64,000 bases of DNA from Methanobacteriota archaeon (GTDB lineage: Archaea > Methanobacteriota > Methanobacteria > Methanobacteriales > Methanobacteriaceae): assembly GCA_963787255.1 (NCBI GenBank), contig CAWBCJ010000029.1:32001-96000 (forward strand), given 5' to 3'. Both the position numbers and the translations under genes were made by a program. Below, one piece after another: positions 1 through 10,162 of this stretch. The stretch's first letter is position 1. Every line of letters starts with the position of its first letter. The notes under the pieces were generated by a model. That model had not been told where the DNA came from. It saw only the letters and a program-made list of their open reading frames with translations, and ran no database searches.

Positions 1-196
1 CAGTTGTTGCATATGAAAACAGCGACTTTATTGTTTTTCAATTATAGAAAATAATTATTTTAGGATTTTTTTTTATTTTCTTAAAATAATAAATTAATTA
101 TCTTCCTTATCTTTTCAGAGATATTTATAAGGCAGTTAAGACTAAATATATTGAGATACTAAATTTTCGAATTCAAACTTATTGTGAGGGGCATTT

Positions 197-1918
197 ATGA
201 AAAAGATAAAGATCATTGAAACAGCATTCAGAGATGCACATCAATCTCTACTTGCAACAAGAATGAGAACACGAGACATGTTGCCAATCGCTGAAGAGAT
301 GGATAAAGTGGGATATTTCTCAATGGAGGTGTGGGGAGGTGCCACATTCGATACTTGTATACGATACTTGAACGAAGACCCGTGGGAAAGACTCAGACAG
401 CTTAAAGAACATATAACAAAAACACCGCTTCAAATGCTGCTTCGAGGGCAAAACCTGGTAGGTTACAAGCATTACCCTGATGATATAGTTAGAAAATTCG
501 TGGAAAAGTCCTATGAAAACGGTGTTGACGTTTTTAGAATATTCGACGCGCTTAACGATATAAGAAACATGGAATACGCCATTAAAGTGGCTAAAGAACA
601 GGATGCTCATGTTCAGGCAGTAATATCATATACTGTAAGTCCCTACCACACATTGGATAAGTATGTGGAATTTACAAGAGAATTAGAAGCATTAGGATGC
701 GATTCAGTGGCCATAAAGGATATGGCTGGATTAATATCACCCCATGACACTTATGAACTTGTGAAAACTCTTAAAGAAGAAACTGATTTAATAGTTAATC
801 TTCATTGTCACTGCACAAGTGGAATGACCCCAATGAGTTACTACGCCGCATGTCAGGCAGGTGTGGACCTTTTAGACACTGCAATATCACCACTTTCATG
901 GGGAGCATCACAACCACCCACAGAAAGTATGGTGGCAGCACTACAAGGCACTCCATATGATACAGAACTTGATTTAAAACTTTTGACATATATTAAAAAG
1001 TATTTTGAAGAGATACGCAAAAAATACAGCGGAATAATTGACCCAATCTCTGAAAAAGTGGATACTGAAGTTCTTATTTACCAGATTCCAGGTGGAATGC
1101 TTTCAAACTTTGTATCACAGCTAAAAGTACAGAATGCGCTTGATAAATACGAAGAAGTGCTGGAAGAAGTGCCAAGAGTCAGGAAAGATCTTGGATATCC
1201 ACCCCTAGTAACTCCAACAAGCCAGATAGTTGGAATTCAAGCAGTTATGAATGTGCTAGATGGTGAAAGGTATAAACGAGCCTCCAAAGAAGTTAAAGAT
1301 TATCTAAAAGGATACTATGGGAAACCACCAGCTCCAGTTGACGAAGATATCAGAAAGAAAATCATTGGAGATGAAGAACCAATAACCGTAAGGCCTGGAG
1401 ATCTACTTGAGCCTGAATTTGAAAAATATAAAGAAGAAGGGGAAAAATTAGGAATTATCAAAAAAGAAGAGGATATTTTAACTTACGCCCTTTACCCTGC
1501 AGTTGCCCCTAAATTCTTAAGAGGAGAAGCAGAAGAAGAGCCTCTTAAACCCCCAAAAGATGAATCAACCTGCGAAACACCATCAGGCGTTCCAACAGAA
1601 TACGCTGTTGATGTTGATGGCGAAGTATTCAATGTCAAGGTTCTTCCTGTGGGTTACATGGAAATTGAAAGCACTGGAAGCATTCAAAAGCCTACAGGGC
1701 CTGTTGAAGGTGGTATAACATCCACGATGCAGGGAATGATTCTTAAACTCAAGGTAGACGAAGGAGATAAAGTTAATGATGGAGATGTAGTAGCTGTTTT
1801 AGAAGCCATGAAAATGGAGAACGATATTCATGCTCCAGGTTCGGGAACTGTAAAAGAAATCTTCATTAAAGAAGGAGATACTGTTAATGCCGGCGATACA
1901 TTAATGGTTATTAAATAA
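197..1918 (+). CDS. pycB: Pyruvate carboxylase subunit B (carboxyltransferase plus biotin carrier)
   Basis: RDAHQS and HCH metal motifs of the carboxyltransferase; C-terminal biotinyl domain with EAMKM. Confidence 0.93.
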   Translation: MKKIKIIETAFRDAHQSLLATRMRTRDMLPIAEEMDKVGYFSMEVWGGATFDTCIRYLNEDPWERLRQLKEHITKTPLQMLLRGQNLVGYKHYPDDIVRKFVEKSYENGVDVFRIFDALNDIRNMEYAIKVAKEQDAHVQAVISYTVSPYHTLDKYVEFTRELEALGCDSVAIKDMAGLISPHDTYELVKTLKEETDLIVNLHCHCTSGMTPMSYYAACQAGVDLLDTAISPLSWGASQPPTESMVAALQGTPYDTELDLKLLTYIKKYFEEIRKKYSGIIDPISEKVDTEVLIYQIPGGMLSNFVSQLKVQNALDKYEEVLEEVPRVRKDLGYPPLVTPTSQIVGIQAVMNVLDGERYKRASKEVKDYLKGYYGKPPAPVDEDIRKKIIGDEEPITVRPGDLLEPEFEKYKEEGEKLGIIKKEEDILTYALYPAVAPKFLRGEAEEEPLKPPKDESTCETPSGVPTEYAVDVDGEVFNVKVLPVGYMEIESTGSIQKPTGPVEGGITSTMQGMILKLKVDEGDKVNDGDVVAVLEAMKMENDIHAPGSGTVKEIFIKEGDTVNAGDTLMVIK

Positions 1919-1961
1919 ATCCTCATTTTTAATTCTTTTTATTTATTTCAGGTGGATTATT

Positions 1962-2651
1962 TTGAAAAAATCAGATAAAGTAAAGGCGCATTTTGAAGAA
2001 GAAGCCGTAGAATTCGACGAACTCATATTAAAATTAATTCCTTATTATGAAGAAATGATTAATGCATTAATCAGCTCAATTCCTTTTGATAAAGATGATT
2101 CAATTAAAGTAATGGATCTTGGATGTGGTACTGGAACAGTAACTAAACTTTTAAAGGATAAATTCGAAGATGCAAATGTAACATGTCTTGATTTAGCTGA
2201 AAATATGATTGAAATGGCTAAAATAAAATTAAATGAATATAAAGATATAGATTACATTACAGGTGATTTTTACCACTTCAATTTCCCCGAAAAATATGAT
2301 GTGATTGTTTCTTCCCTTGCACTACACCATCTTGTAACAGGTGAAGATAAAAAAGAATTTTATGCAAAAATATACAAAGCATTAAATCCTAGCGGATTAT
2401 TTTTAAATGCAGACGTAATATTAGGTTCAAATAACTATTTACAGGAATTATATCTAGAAAAATGGAAAGAATTCATGAATCAGAATGTTAGCATGGAAGA
2501 AATTGAAAAAAAATGGATTCCTGCAGCAAAGGAGGAAGATCATCCTGCAAAATTAGTTGATCAGCTTGATTGGCTTCAGAATATCGGTTTTAAAGATGTT
2601 GACGTAATCTGGAAGTATTACGGCGGTGCAGTTTACGGAGGATATAAATAA
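1962..2651 (+). CDS. Class I SAM-dependent methyltransferase
   Basis: MDLGCGTG motif I; SSLALHH; TTG start after GGTGG SD. Confidence 0.88.
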   Translation: MKKSDKVKAHFEEEAVEFDELILKLIPYYEEMINALISSIPFDKDDSIKVMDLGCGTGTVTKLLKDKFEDANVTCLDLAENMIEMAKIKLNEYKDIDYITGDFYHFNFPEKYDVIVSSLALHHLVTGEDKKEFYAKIYKALNPSGLFLNADVILGSNNYLQELYLEKWKEFMNQNVSMEEIEKKWIPAAKEEDHPAKLVDQLDWLQNIGFKDVDVIWKYYGGAVYGGYK

Positions 2652-2654
2652 TAA

Positions 2655-3350
2655 CTAAAGATCTAAAATTCCATATTCAGTTTCATCTTCAATTTTTGCC
2701 TCTTTAAAGGCTCTTTTACGCCTCATACACGATTCGCAAGCACCGCAGTGTTCTTCTTTCCCCATATAACATGAATAGCTCAAATTCATAGGTACATTTA
2801 ACTTAGAGCCCATTTTAACAATTTCATCTTTATTCATATTTATTACTGGAGCTTTAATTTGAACTCCGTCAAGTGTACCAATTTCCAATACTTTATTAAA
2901 TGCATCTAAGAATTCTTTTGAGTTATCAGGAAATGTAACTGCTTCTTCAAGATCCCAACCTACGATAATAATTTTTGCTTCTTCGGCTTCTGCAAATGAG
3001 GTCGCTATGGCCGTAAATACTACATTTCGCCCAGGAACCCATACTTTTCTTGCTGTTTCGTCGCAGATTTGTTTATTATCAAGTTCATCTGCTTTTAGTT
3101 CTGGAATCTCAGCATCAGAAGTTAGTGCTGATTTTCCAAGCTTTTTAAGCCATGGAAGTTCTATAACTGTATGTTCAACGCCTAATTTTTTACATATCGC
3201 TTTAGAAGAATCTATTTCCATTCTGGCACTTCGTTGACCATAATTAAATGTTATAGCATGAATTTTATATTTATCACTGTAATATCCTGTTGCTACTGTT
3301 GAATCAAGTCCTCCTGAGAGAACGGATATTGCTTTTGGTTTATCGGTCAT
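2655..3350 (-). CDS. queC: 7-cyano-7-deazaguanine synthase (archaeosine pathway)
   Basis: SGGLDS PP-loop, YGQR, VPGRN, SCY..CGACESC zinc motif. Confidence 0.95.
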   Translation of the reverse strand: MTDKPKAISVLSGGLDSTVATGYYSDKYKIHAITFNYGQRSARMEIDSSKAICKKLGVEHTVIELPWLKKLGKSALTSDAEIPELKADELDNKQICDETARKVWVPGRNVVFTAIATSFAEAEEAKIIIVGWDLEEAVTFPDNSKEFLDAFNKVLEIGTLDGVQIKAPVINMNKDEIVKMGSKLNVPMNLSYSCYMGKEEHCGACESCMRRKRAFKEAKIEDETEYGILDL

Positions 3351-3386
3351 ATTTAATCACTGTTTAGATTATATCTTATGATTTTC

Positions 3387-4028
3387 TTAACATAATTTGT
3401 ATATTTGCATTCCTAATTTCATCAAATATCCTCTAAGTTCCTCAAAGTTCTTCTGCAACATTCGATCATATCTTTTAATGGTTGATGAGATGTCGTGTGC
3501 TTCAATATTGGTAGTTTTATAATTTTCTCTACTTTTTATCTGTTCATTAATCTTATTTGCATGCATGTCAATATCTCTAATTTTAAGGAGAAGTTCTGAC
3601 TTTTTAATTTCATCAGGTAAAATATTAACAATTATTATCTCCCAAAATCCAGTTTTAAGGGGCATTAAGGGCTTTAAAATTAACTTATTCCTTTTTGGGC
3701 TTTCAGAAAATTTATTGTCTTCTATTAATTCCAGTTCTTCGTCGATAATGTTCTGGTTATACCCTAATATCTGTAAATTGTATTCCAATTCATTTTTAAC
3801 TGCTATTAATGCTTTTCTTTCAACCTTTTTCTTATTATGTTCTCTCCAACCCATTGTTGTTAGAACTGCGATTACAGCAGTTAAAGGAACAATTAAAATC
3901 CTGACAATTGCATTAAATTCGCCGACTAAAATAGCAATTACGAGCAAAATTATTAAAATAGCAGCAAAAATACCAGCTATCCACCAAATATGTTCAAGAA
4001 GCCATTTCATCATATCACCCTTTTTCAA
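3387..4028 (-). CDS. Hypothetical membrane protein (two N-terminal TM helices plus helical domain)
   Basis: 213-aa ORF overlapping the larC stop; hydrophobic N-terminus; true start may be one of the ATGs a few codons in. Confidence 0.75.
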   Translation of the reverse strand: MKKGDMMKWLLEHIWWIAGIFAAILIILLVIAILVGEFNAIVRILIVPLTAVIAVLTTMGWREHNKKKVERKALIAVKNELEYNLQILGYNQNIIDEELELIEDNKFSESPKRNKLILKPLMPLKTGFWEIIIVNILPDEIKKSELLLKIRDIDMHANKINEQIKSRENYKTTNIEAHDISSTIKRYDRMLQKNFEELRGYLMKLGMQIYKLC

Positions 4029-5230
4029 TATTTATCCATTAATTTCTTAAATGTTTCATTGGCCCTTTTCATAACGTCCTTTAAAGGTATGCCTGTTTCA
4101 TCAGCAATTCTTTTTGCATCCTCATATTCTGGGCTGTAATTAATTATGTCTTCTCCAATTTTTCCAATTTTAATATTTATTTCATGGCCTATTTCACCAA
4201 TATAAATTTTTATAGGTGTAATTTCTCTTGTTACTATGTTTCGGTGAACATAAGGCAATATTCTAACTCCAAGTGTACCTGTTTCTCGTATTATGGCTTC
4301 TGCAACATTATTAGAGTCTCCAGGTCTGGCTATAACTCTTAAAAGATGTCCAGGTCTGTTTTTTTTCATTAATAATGGAACTACCGCAACGTCAAGTGCA
4401 CCTGCATCTAAAAGCTTATCAAATGTGTGTCCAATAACTTCTCCAGTAACATTGTCAAGATTTGTTTCCAGAATACTGATTTTATCTGTTGGAACTCCTA
4501 AATTACCAGATATTACTCTTAAGACGTTGGGAACATTTAGATTTAACTTTCCGGCACCATAACCTATTTTTTTATTGCTTATTAATGGGTAAAATTCGCA
4601 GGTTTCATCTACCATATTCACATAAAGTGCTGCTCCTGTTGGAGTTGTAAGTTCATGTTCTTCTGGTCCGCCAAATATCGGGACATTTTTCAATATTTCA
4701 AGAGTTGCTGGGGCTGGAACGCTTAAATTTCCATGTTTACTTTTTAGTCTTCCACCTCCAAGCGCGATGGGCATTCCATAGACTTTTTTATTATGAAATC
4801 CAAGATTATGGAAACAAAAGGCGGATCCTATAATGTCTGCAACTGCATCTGCGGCACCAACTTCGTGGAAATGGACTTTATCCAAAGAGGTTCCGTGAAC
4901 TTTCGCTTCAGCCTCTGCAAGAGTTTTAAAAACTCCTTTAGAGAATTTAAGCATATAATTATTGATTTTTTCATGCTTAATTTTGTCCAATCTTTCTAAC
5001 AGTTCTTTATATTTAATTAATCCTTCGTCACTTGATTTAATCGCTGCGTAGGATGCAGAGATGCCGGATTTTTGGATTTTATTTATTTTTACGCTTAAAT
5101 CTCCAAAATAAGAGGCATAATGTTCCATTATATCTATAGCGCCTTCGGTATCTGCTCCAATATCTATAAGTGCCCCTAAAACCATGTTTCCTGAAATTCC
5201 TGAGTTTTGTGGGTCTAAAATTATTGCCAT
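4025..5230 (-). CDS. larC: Nickel-pincer cofactor biosynthesis protein LarC family (TIGR00299-like)
   Basis: [51 protein letters not shown] motifs. Confidence 0.92.
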   Translation of the reverse strand: MAIILDPQNSGISGNMVLGALIDIGADTEGAIDIMEHYASYFGDLSVKINKIQKSGISASYAAIKSSDEGLIKYKELLERLDKIKHEKINNYMLKFSKGVFKTLAEAEAKVHGTSLDKVHFHEVGAADAVADIIGSAFCFHNLGFHNKKVYGMPIALGGGRLKSKHGNLSVPAPATLEILKNVPIFGGPEEHELTTPTGAALYVNMVDETCEFYPLISNKKIGYGAGKLNLNVPNVLRVISGNLGVPTDKISILETNLDNVTGEVIGHTFDKLLDAGALDVAVVPLLMKKNRPGHLLRVIARPGDSNNVAEAIIRETGTLGVRILPYVHRNIVTREITPIKIYIGEIGHEINIKIGKIGEDIINYSPEYEDAKRIADETGIPLKDVMKRANETFKKLMDKY

Positions 5231-5653
5231 TATATCACTAAATCTTTAAATTACTTTTAAATCGGTTTATTTTATTTACTATTTTCTCTTGATTTTATTT
5301 ATAATTCCAAATCTTATTTATATATTTATTTTAGTCCATTCTGATTAAACTATGTATAAAAATTTAAATTTCTTTTTACCATTATTTTTTAATTGTCAAT
5401 TAAATCAGATTAAACCTAAAAATTATTATCTTCAATGTTAAGGAAGAATAAGAAAAGTATTAATAATTTAAATATACATATTAAGTTATAGGCATTTTCC
5501 AATAACTTAAACATAAAAAATTAAGGAAAACTAATGAAAACACAGAAAGATATAGGCTATTCTAACAAATTCATACTAGTAAAACCTTTCAAACTTTAAA
5601 AAACTAACATAAACTTAATATCATCGATAAATAATTTTATAAATATTTCAAAT

Positions 5654-6103
5654 GTGGTGGTTAGATTGAATGGTAATGCAGTAGAAATATTATTGGTTGA
5701 AGACAACCCTGCAGATGCGCGGCTGGTAAAGGAAGCTTTCAAACATTCTAAAATTAAAACTAAAATTTACGTGGCTGAAGACGGTTTTGAAGCCATGAAG
5801 TTTCTAAAAAATGAAGAAAGATACGCTGAAGAATCCAAACCAGATATTATTTTATTAGACCTAAATTTACCTCGTAAAGACGGGCGTGAAGTTTTAAAAG
5901 AGATTAAAGAGAATGAATATTTAAAGTTAATACCGGTAGTTATTTTAACAACTTCCCTTGCTGAAGAAGACATTATAAACACCTATAAAAACAATGCAAA
6001 CTGCTATATAACAAAACCTGTTGATTTAGACCAATTTATTAGTGTTATAAGATCAATACAGGACTTCTGGCTGAGTAAAGTTGAATTACCGGGCAATATG
6101 TGA
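5654..6103 (+). CDS. Single-domain response regulator receiver (Rcp1-like)
   Basis: ILLVED, LLDLNLP, VILTTS, YITKP; likely start TTG 5666. Confidence 0.92.
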   Translation: MVVRLNGNAVEILLVEDNPADARLVKEAFKHSKIKTKIYVAEDGFEAMKFLKNEERYAEESKPDIILLDLNLPRKDGREVLKEIKENEYLKLIPVVILTTSLAEEDIINTYKNNANCYITKPVDLDQFISVIRSIQDFWLSKVELPGNM

Positions 6104-6187
6104 ATATTATGATAATAATTTAAAATCTTACCATAAATATTTAATTTTGATTAATTTAAAAAGATTATATTTAAAAAAATAGTATAT

Positions 6188-6208
6188 AAAGCTGTAATTT
6201 ACAGCTTT
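6188..6208. terminator. Perfect inverted repeat at the 3' end of the Cys-rich gene
   Basis: AAAGCTGTAA-T-TTACAGCTTT abutting the stop codon, between convergent genes. Confidence 0.55.
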
Positions 6209-6720
6209 TAAGAAATTGCTTTTTTCAATTCTTCTAATTTTTGTTTACTAATTCTGTATTTTTTATTGTCCATTACTATTTCAATGTATTCTTCTTCTTC
6301 AAATTGCGCATTTACTTTCTGGACATTTTCCAATGGTTTTTGAACTGTCGGTTCTTTTGTAGGTATCAAATATAGTCCTCTGTGATCGTGAGATTTCCCA
6401 TGCGCTAAACAGTAATCTACATCACATTTTGTGCAGTACCATAGGCCTTCTGGACTGGTCCAGGATATTGAGCCTTGTTCGAATGTTAGTGTACCCTTTG
6501 AATGGCAGTTAGGACAATAGTTTTTATATACTTTTGTGTGATGTAGTCTATCAGTCATCAAACTGCAGCTACATACTCCTGTTGCTTTAACATATTCTTT
6601 TGTGACTTTAACATTATAAGCACCGATTCCATGTTCTGCTGCTGAAGATGGAGCCGCAAACATAAAAGCTGAAATTAAAAACAGCGCTAAAATCGTGCTA
6701 ACCTTAAGTAGTCTCTTAAT
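6208..6720 (-). CDS. Secreted Cys/His-rich protein, probable ATT start
   Basis: ORF extends in frame upstream of ATG 6663 as (I/M)KRLLKVSTILALFLISAFMFAAPSSA, a complete signal peptide; GAGGAGTG SD precedes ATT at 6720; CSC, CPNC, CTKC, C..HG..H motifs. Confidence 0.75.
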   Translation of the reverse strand: MKRLLKVSTILALFLISAFMFAAPSSAAEHGIGAYNVKVTKEYVKATGVCSCSLMTDRLHHTKVYKNYCPNCHSKGTLTFEQGSISWTSPEGLWYCTKCDVDYCLAHGKSHDHRGLYLIPTKEPTVQKPLENVQKVNAQFEEEEYIEIVMDNKKYRISKQKLEELKKAIS

Positions 6721-6800
6721 ATAATCACACTCCTCATTTTTTTGGTTCGGCTTTTTGACATTGCCACTAGGTTTTGGTAACCTTGAACCAGTTGGAGCAT
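6687..6800 (-). CDS. Putative 37-aa leader peptide (uORF) MLQLVQGYQNLVAMSKSRTKKMRSVIILRDYLRLARF
   Basis: Perfect GGAGGTG SD (6813-6807) 6 nt before ATG 6800; overlaps the downstream gene start out of frame; TAG at 6689-6687. Confidence 0.5.
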   Translation of the reverse strand: MLQLVQGYQNLVAMSKSRTKKMRSVIILRDYLRLARF

Positions 6801-6863
6801 AATTAACACCTCCGCATAAGACTAGTATTACTTTTTTATTATTTGTAATACTTTATATATAAA
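6722..6863 (-). promoter_or_regulatory. TATA box plus structured 5' leader sequestering the downstream SD
   Basis: TTTATATA at 6863-6856; helix 6805-6794/6733-6722 (12 bp, 3 G-U); inner helices 6790-6785/6748-6743 and 6783-6779/6773-6769. Confidence 0.5.
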
Positions 6864-7190
6864 TATTACGAAAAGTTACCGTGAAATTATGCAATTTTTC
6901 GGCCTAATTTTTATTATTAAAATTAGAAAACGGGAACTATAATGTAAATATTTTTTAATATATAAATTTTTCGCTTAAATAATAAATAATGTCATAAAAT
7001 CAATATTTATGAATAAATTAAGCTTAATAACACTTATTAAATAAAACAAGCTTTAAATATAATATATTATAACATAAAAAGCATAAATAGAAGTTTTTAA
7101 TAATTTAAAGGAAATAAATTAGAATAAGAACAAAAATAACAAATAAATTAGCTACAATAAAATAAAAATGCAATTAATGGAGAACTATAT

Positions 7191-7520
7191 TCAGTTTCCG
7201 CTTCCAATAATTATCCGACGTATTGGAACTTCCAGTATGGTGTATTTTTCCCCTTTAAGTGCTTCCTGGACTGATTTAACTATTCTATCAACCCTTTCTT
7301 CCTCTACAACACTACAAACAAGAATTGCATCCTTTGCGTGATCCCTTATCATTGCTATTGCTGATTTAGGATCCTCCTTAATGGAAAATCCTTTCCAATC
7401 CTGGGGAGACATTCCCTTATATTCTAGAATATAAAATCCAGTGATTCCAGCATCTGTCAAAGCATTCATTGCTTTTCCCAAATTTTCGATCTCAACAAAG
7501 ACCCTAAGATGAACCTTCAT
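7191..7520 (-). CDS. MJ1244 family protein (PII-like)
   Basis: 109 aa; [27 protein letters not shown] signature. Confidence 0.8.
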   Translation of the reverse strand: MKVHLRVFVEIENLGKAMNALTDAGITGFYILEYKGMSPQDWKGFSIKEDPKSAIAMIRDHAKDAILVCSVVEEERVDRIVKSVQEALKGEKYTILEVPIRRIIIGSGN

Positions 7521-7626
7521 ATGACCAACCTCTAATACATTATATTAATCTCATATAGTATAATACTGATGATATATTAAAAAACATGTAATTAGTTAAA
7601 ATAGTAATTTTACAAATGGTGATCTA

Positions 7627-8700
7627 ATGAATTCAAATATCTGCATTAGGGATGCCTCTTTTTCTAATAAAAAGGACCACATTATCATTGAAAGAGAAAA
7701 AGGGCTATTATCTATAAGTAATTCAAATAATAATGGTTTTAGTGATATTAAAACAATAATAGTACATTCATTTAATGAAAATGATGAAAAAACGGATGAA
7801 GATCCTTATGAATATATAAATAAGTTTCTAGAAAATGAAAATCTAACTCTTCCTTCAGCTGTTATGCTAACAAGCGCAGATATTGAACATTATGTCATTG
7901 AAACATTAGATTATGTCACTGCGATAGTAACTGCCCATAATTCAAATTTGCATGGTGCTGGAGAACTACAAGAGAAAGGTAAAAAAAGTAACGTTGGATC
8001 CATAAATATCATACTGCTTGTAAATAAAGATTTAAATTACAAAGCCCTAATGCAAGCATATTCAAAAGCAGTAGAGGCCAAAACCTCCTCATTGTGGGAT
8101 TTAGATGTAAGAAGCGCTTCATGGGACCTTGCTTCTGGAAACAATGAAGATGCTTTGATAGTGGCTTGCACAGGAAAAAGTGATGAAGAAATTGATGATT
8201 CAGAACTTCAATATTTAGTTGGAAAGTGTGTGAGAAAAGCCTTAGGAAATGCAATGCTAAAAAGCGGTTTTTCAAAGAATGTTTTAGATTTTATTGAAGG
8301 TATTGGAATAAAAATAGATGATCTTGTAGAAGCAGGAATGAAACTCTGCGTTGGAGTGGAAATAAATGAAGAACTCCATGATAAAATCCAAGAGCAGATA
8401 TTAAAATCTCTGGGAGATTTAAACGTTGTATCATTCATAATCGCCGGAATACGGCTTGAAGAGGATTACATGAAACATCGTGTGGAAGGAGTTAACGTTG
8501 ATGATGATCCAGCTTATCTATATTCAGATGAGGTTTTTGGAATGTCAATAGCCAATCAAATTGCTGGAACAAAAGCAATATTCAATTTTAAAAGGTATGA
8601 CGAGGAAAAACCAGGTATAATCGGCGAACTTGGCCCTGTACTTGATGATGTTTTTGCAGGGCTTGTTGCTGGCTGCATGTCTAAAATTTTTGAGGAATAG
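7627..8700 (+). CDS. CbiZ-like domain fused to alpha-ribazole-phosphate phosphatase CobZ (CbiS-type fusion)
   Basis: N-part with GSINIILL and AVEAK (CbiZ-like); C-part with [40 protein letters not shown] (archaeal CobZ); upstream of cobS. Confidence 0.8.
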   Translation: MNSNICIRDASFSNKKDHIIIEREKGLLSISNSNNNGFSDIKTIIVHSFNENDEKTDEDPYEYINKFLENENLTLPSAVMLTSADIEHYVIETLDYVTAIVTAHNSNLHGAGELQEKGKKSNVGSINIILLVNKDLNYKALMQAYSKAVEAKTSSLWDLDVRSASWDLASGNNEDALIVACTGKSDEEIDDSELQYLVGKCVRKALGNAMLKSGFSKNVLDFIEGIGIKIDDLVEAGMKLCVGVEINEELHDKIQEQILKSLGDLNVVSFIIAGIRLEEDYMKHRVEGVNVDDDPAYLYSDEVFGMSIANQIAGTKAIFNFKRYDEEKPGIIGELGPVLDDVFAGLVAGCMSKIFEE

Positions 8701-8703
8701 AAA

Positions 8704-9516
8704 ATGAGCGATAAGAAAGTATTTCACACTAAACAAAAAAAACAGTCTACCCCTACGATTAGAAAATTACCTAAAGTTAGTGGAATAGTCGGCCTCATCT
8801 CATTTTCTACAATTTTACCAATAAATATTCACACATCAATTGACGAAATGGCTGCCTTTACTTGGTTCTGGCCAATTATCGGGGGCTTAATTGGAATATT
8901 TGTAGGGGCAGTGGGATTTATAACTTTAAACATAATTCACTTACCCTCGTTAGTTTCAGCAGCATTGATTTACAGCTTTGCCATCTGGTTTACTGGTTTT
9001 CATCATCTTGACGGGCTAGTGGACATGGGTGACGGGCTGATGGTTCATGGAGATTATCAAAAAAAGATCGATGTTATGAGAGACATGATGGTGGGTACCG
9101 GAGGTATTTCCCTATTTTTTATAATTGCGATAATAACCTTTTCAGCAATTAACGCTATTCCTGCAGTTTTAATATTCGGGGTACTCCTAATTTCAGAAAT
9201 AGCTGCTAAAATAAGCCTCTTATCATGTGCAACCTTTTCTACACCATTATCTAATGGAACAGGTCAATATTTCATAAATTCAATGAACGTACCTTTATTA
9301 GCATTTTCGCTGGTTATAACCAGTATAATTGGATTTTTCGCGCTGAACCTGGCAGGAGTTTTAGGGATAGTTGGAGCACTAATTGGAGGTTATTTGGTGG
9401 CTGAAATAGCTAAAAAACATTTCAAATACGCTACAGGTGACATATTAGGTGCTTCAAATGAAATAGGACGAGCAGTATCGCTTATTGTAATAATTATTAG
9501 TTTAATATATTTATAA
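8704..9516 (+). CDS. cobS: Adenosylcobinamide-GDP ribazoletransferase (cobalamin synthase)
   Basis: TGFHHLDGLVD.GDG and TGDILGA motifs; multi-pass membrane protein. Confidence 0.93.
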   Translation: MSDKKVFHTKQKKQSTPTIRKLPKVSGIVGLISFSTILPINIHTSIDEMAAFTWFWPIIGGLIGIFVGAVGFITLNIIHLPSLVSAALIYSFAIWFTGFHHLDGLVDMGDGLMVHGDYQKKIDVMRDMMVGTGGISLFFIIAIITFSAINAIPAVLIFGVLLISEIAAKISLLSCATFSTPLSNGTGQYFINSMNVPLLAFSLVITSIIGFFALNLAGVLGIVGALIGGYLVAEIAKKHFKYATGDILGASNEIGRAVSLIVIIISLIYL

Positions 9517-10088
9517 TGAATTTAAGGAATGATATAGTGAAAATCAATGTATTACGACTTGACCATAGACATAAAAGAGATGCTAGAATTACTACCCACG
9601 TTTGTTTGACTGCAAGAGCTTTCGGCGCTTCTAAAGTTATTATAAGTGGTGATGAAGACCATAAACTCATGAAAAATGTTAGAGATGTTGCCGAACGTTG
9701 GGGAGGTGATTTTAAAGTGGTTTACAAAAAAAATTCAGATAATTTCATTGATGAATGGAAAAACAGCGGTGGAGAAGTGGTGCATCTTACAATGTATGGT
9801 TCACAGGTTCAGGAGGTTATAGCGGAAATTAGGGAATCTCCTAAAGACAAGCTTGTCATTGTTGGAGGTGCAAGAGTTCCTACTAAAGTTTATAAACAGG
9901 CAAATTGGAATGTTTCTGTTACAACACAGCCCCATTCGGAAGTTTCATCCCTTGCAGTATTTTTACATATGTTATTTGAAGGAAAAGAGCTCGATAAAGA
10001 GTTTGAAGGTGGGAAAATGAAGGTTGTACCTACTGCAGAAGGGAAACGTGTTATAATAACCGATAGAGATAATAAAGATGATTTTTGA
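9516..10088 (+). CDS. tRNA (cytidine(56)-2'-O)-methyltransferase aTrm56
   Basis: LRLDHR..RD.RITTHV.LTARAFGA, VHLTMYG, QPHSEV SPOUT motifs. Confidence 0.93.
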   Translation: MNLRNDIVKINVLRLDHRHKRDARITTHVCLTARAFGASKVIISGDEDHKLMKNVRDVAERWGGDFKVVYKKNSDNFIDEWKNSGGEVVHLTMYGSQVQEVIAEIRESPKDKLVIVGGARVPTKVYKQANWNVSVTTQPHSEVSSLAVFLHMLFEGKELDKEFEGGKMKVVPTAEGKRVIITDRDNKDDF

Positions 10089-10162
10089 AAATTTTAAAAT
10101 ATTTTTTTTAAACTAAAAATAACACCAAATGAGCGATATATTGGTAGAAATGACATGTACCT

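Noticed and set aside
6734-6750. A7 run in the uORF as a possible -1 frameshift site fusing the uORF to the secreted gene
   Set aside because: The in-frame context is C_AAA_AAA, not a canonical slippery heptamer. A separate SD plus ATT explains the signal peptide better.
6860-7190. Long AT-rich spacers (also 5230-5650, 24295-24630, 28800-29160, 62250-62590) as possible CRISPR arrays, ncRNA genes or origins
   Set aside because: I saw no regular repeats, no GC-rich structured RNA and no ORB-like motifs.
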